Part shown: in pieces, positions 62,231 to 64,000 of the stretch
How the letters are laid out: each line of letters begins with the position of its first letter
How positions within the stretch are numbered: position 1 is the first letter of the stretch
Assembly: GCF_030144855.1 (NCBI RefSeq)
Contig: NC_082732.1
Coordinates: 39,742,001 to 39,806,000, forward strand
Length of the DNA stretch: 64,000 bases
Source: Hypanus sabinus
Lineage: Eukaryota
Direction: 5' to 3'
Program-made: the position numbers and the translations under genes
The notes under the pieces: model-generated
The model's input: the letters and a program-made list of their open reading frames with translations, nothing else
Database searches by the model: none
What the model was told of the DNA's origin: nothing

Positions 62231-64000
62231 ATTACCCACAGTCAATGCGCACTCCAAATCTGACACCGTATTACCCACAGTCAATGCGCACTCCAAATCT
62301 CACACCGTATTACCCACAGTCAATGCGCACTCCAAATCTAACACCGTATTACCCACAGTCAATGCGCACTCCAAATCTCACACCGTATTACCCACAGTCA
62401 ATGCGCACTCCAAATCTCACACCGTATTACCCACAGTCAATGCGCACTCCAAATCTAACACCGTATTACCCACAGTCAATGCGCACTCCAAATCTCACAC
62501 CGTATTACCCACAGTCAATGCGCACTCCAAATCTCACACCGTATTACCCACAGTCAATGCGCACACCAAATCTCACACCGTATTACCCACAGTCAATGCG
62601 CACTCCAAATCTCACACCGTATTACCCACAGTCAATGCGCACTCCAAATCTCACACCGTATTACCCACAGTCAATGCGCACTCCAAATCTCACACCGTAT
62701 TACCCACAGTCAATGCGCACTCCAAATCTCACACCGTATTACCCACAGTCAATGCGCACACCAAATCTCACACCGTATTACCCACAGTCAATGCGCACTC
62801 CAAATCTAACACCGTATTACCCACAGTCAATGCACACTCCAAATCTAACACCGTATTACCCACAGTCAATGCGCACTCCAAATCTCACACCGTATCACCC
62901 ACAGTCAATGCACACTCCAAATCTCACACCGTATCACCCACAGTCAATGCGCACTCCAAATCTAACACCGTATCACCCACAGTCAATGCGCACTCCAAAT
63001 CTCACACCGTATCACCCACAGTCAATGCGCACTCCAAATCTAACACCGTATCACCCACAGTCAATGCTCACTCCAAATCTCACACCGTATTACCCACAGT
63101 TAATGTGCACTCCAAATCTCACACCATATTACCCACAGTCAATGCGCACTCGAAATCTCACACCGTAATACCCACAGTCAATGTGCACTCCAAATCTTAC
63201 ACCGTATTACCCACAGTCAATGCGCACTCCAAATCTAACACCGTATTACCCACAGTCAATGCGCACTCCAAATCTAACACCGTATTACCCACAGTCAATG
63301 CGCACTCCAAATCTAACACCGTATTACCCACAGTCAATGCGCACTCCAAATCTCACACCGTATTACCCACAGTCAATGCGCACTCCAAATCTCACACCGT
63401 ATTACCCACAGTCAATGCGCACTCCAAATCTAACACCGTATTACCCACAGTCAATGCGCACTCCAAATCTAACACCGTATTACCCACAGTCAATGCGCAC
63501 TCCAAATCTAACACCGTATCACCCACAGTCAATGCGCACTCCAAATCTCACACCGTATCACCCACAGTCAATGCGCACTCCAAATCTAACACCGTATCAC
63601 CCACAGTCAATGCGCACTCCAAATCTCACACCGTATCACCCACAGTCAATGCGCACTCCAAATCTCACACCGTATCACCCACAGTCAATGCGCACTCCAA
63701 ATCTCACACCGTATCACCCACAGTCAATGCGCACTCCAAATCTCACACCGTATCACCCACAGTCAATGCGCACTCCAAATCTCACACCGTATCACCCACA
63801 GTCAATGCGCACTCCAAATCTCACACCGTATCACCCACAGTCAATGCGCACTCCAAATCTCACACCGTATCACCCACAGTCAATGCGCACTCCAAATCTC
63901 ACACCGTATTACCCACAGTCAATGCGCACTCCAAATCTCACACCGTATTACCCACAGTCAATGCGCACTCCAAATCTCACACCGTATTACCCACAGTCAA
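62224..64000 (+). repeat. 39-bp minisatellite, about 45.5 units, truncated by the window end; consensus ACACCGTATTACCCACAGTCAATGCGCACTCCAAATCTC
   Basis: Directly visible head-to-tail repeats with only point variants and no spacers. Confidence 0.98.

Noticed and set aside
61691-62263. 190-aa Pro/Arg/Gly-rich ORF
   Set aside because: Low-complexity translation of the CpG island with no recognisable domain.
62146-63168. 340-aa ORF (TPYYPQSMRTPNL)n
   Set aside because: It is a by-product of a 39-bp unit that is a multiple of 3. Another plus-strand frame is also open, and one unit carries an in-frame TAA. Several variants are synonymous (CTC/CTA/CTG/CTT, ACT/ACA), but others are not, so coding selection is not supported.
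62224-64000. CRISPR-like array
   Set aside because: Units are contiguous with no unique spacers, there are no cas genes, and the context is vertebrate.

Overview
Eukaryotic, AT-rich, repeat-dense vertebrate DNA. The repeat set (V-domain SINEs, CR1, Rex1/Babar-like, Penelope-like, Tc1) suggests a cartilaginous fish; this is an inference. The window is mostly the 5' half of one minus-strand gene, an SPSB1-like SPRY/SOCS-box E3 adaptor. Its main coding exon lies at 3961-4777 (ATG 4651). A probable non-coding first exon sits in a CpG island (donor at 62095/62096), giving a first intron of about 57 kb. The SOCS-box exon is not in the window. The intron holds a structurally complete but mutationally inactivated 4.1-kb Ty3/Gypsy element with CsRN1-clade hallmarks (tRNA-Trp PBS, CHCC gag motif, -1 frameshift signal, 235-bp LTRs, 4-bp TSD). 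It also holds an unrelated solo LTR, a 90-bp TG..CA hairpin element with perfect 17-bp TIRs, and many nested LINE/SINE/MITE fragments. A 39-bp minisatellite of at least 45 units starts at the promoter edge and runs off the window end; almost every unit carries a metal-response-element core. No CRISPR array and no clearly new multi-gene system is supported. The best leads are the promoter minisatellite, a perfect alternative donor that would give a SOCS-box-less SPSB isoform, the Gypsy frameshift structure and the 90-bp element.
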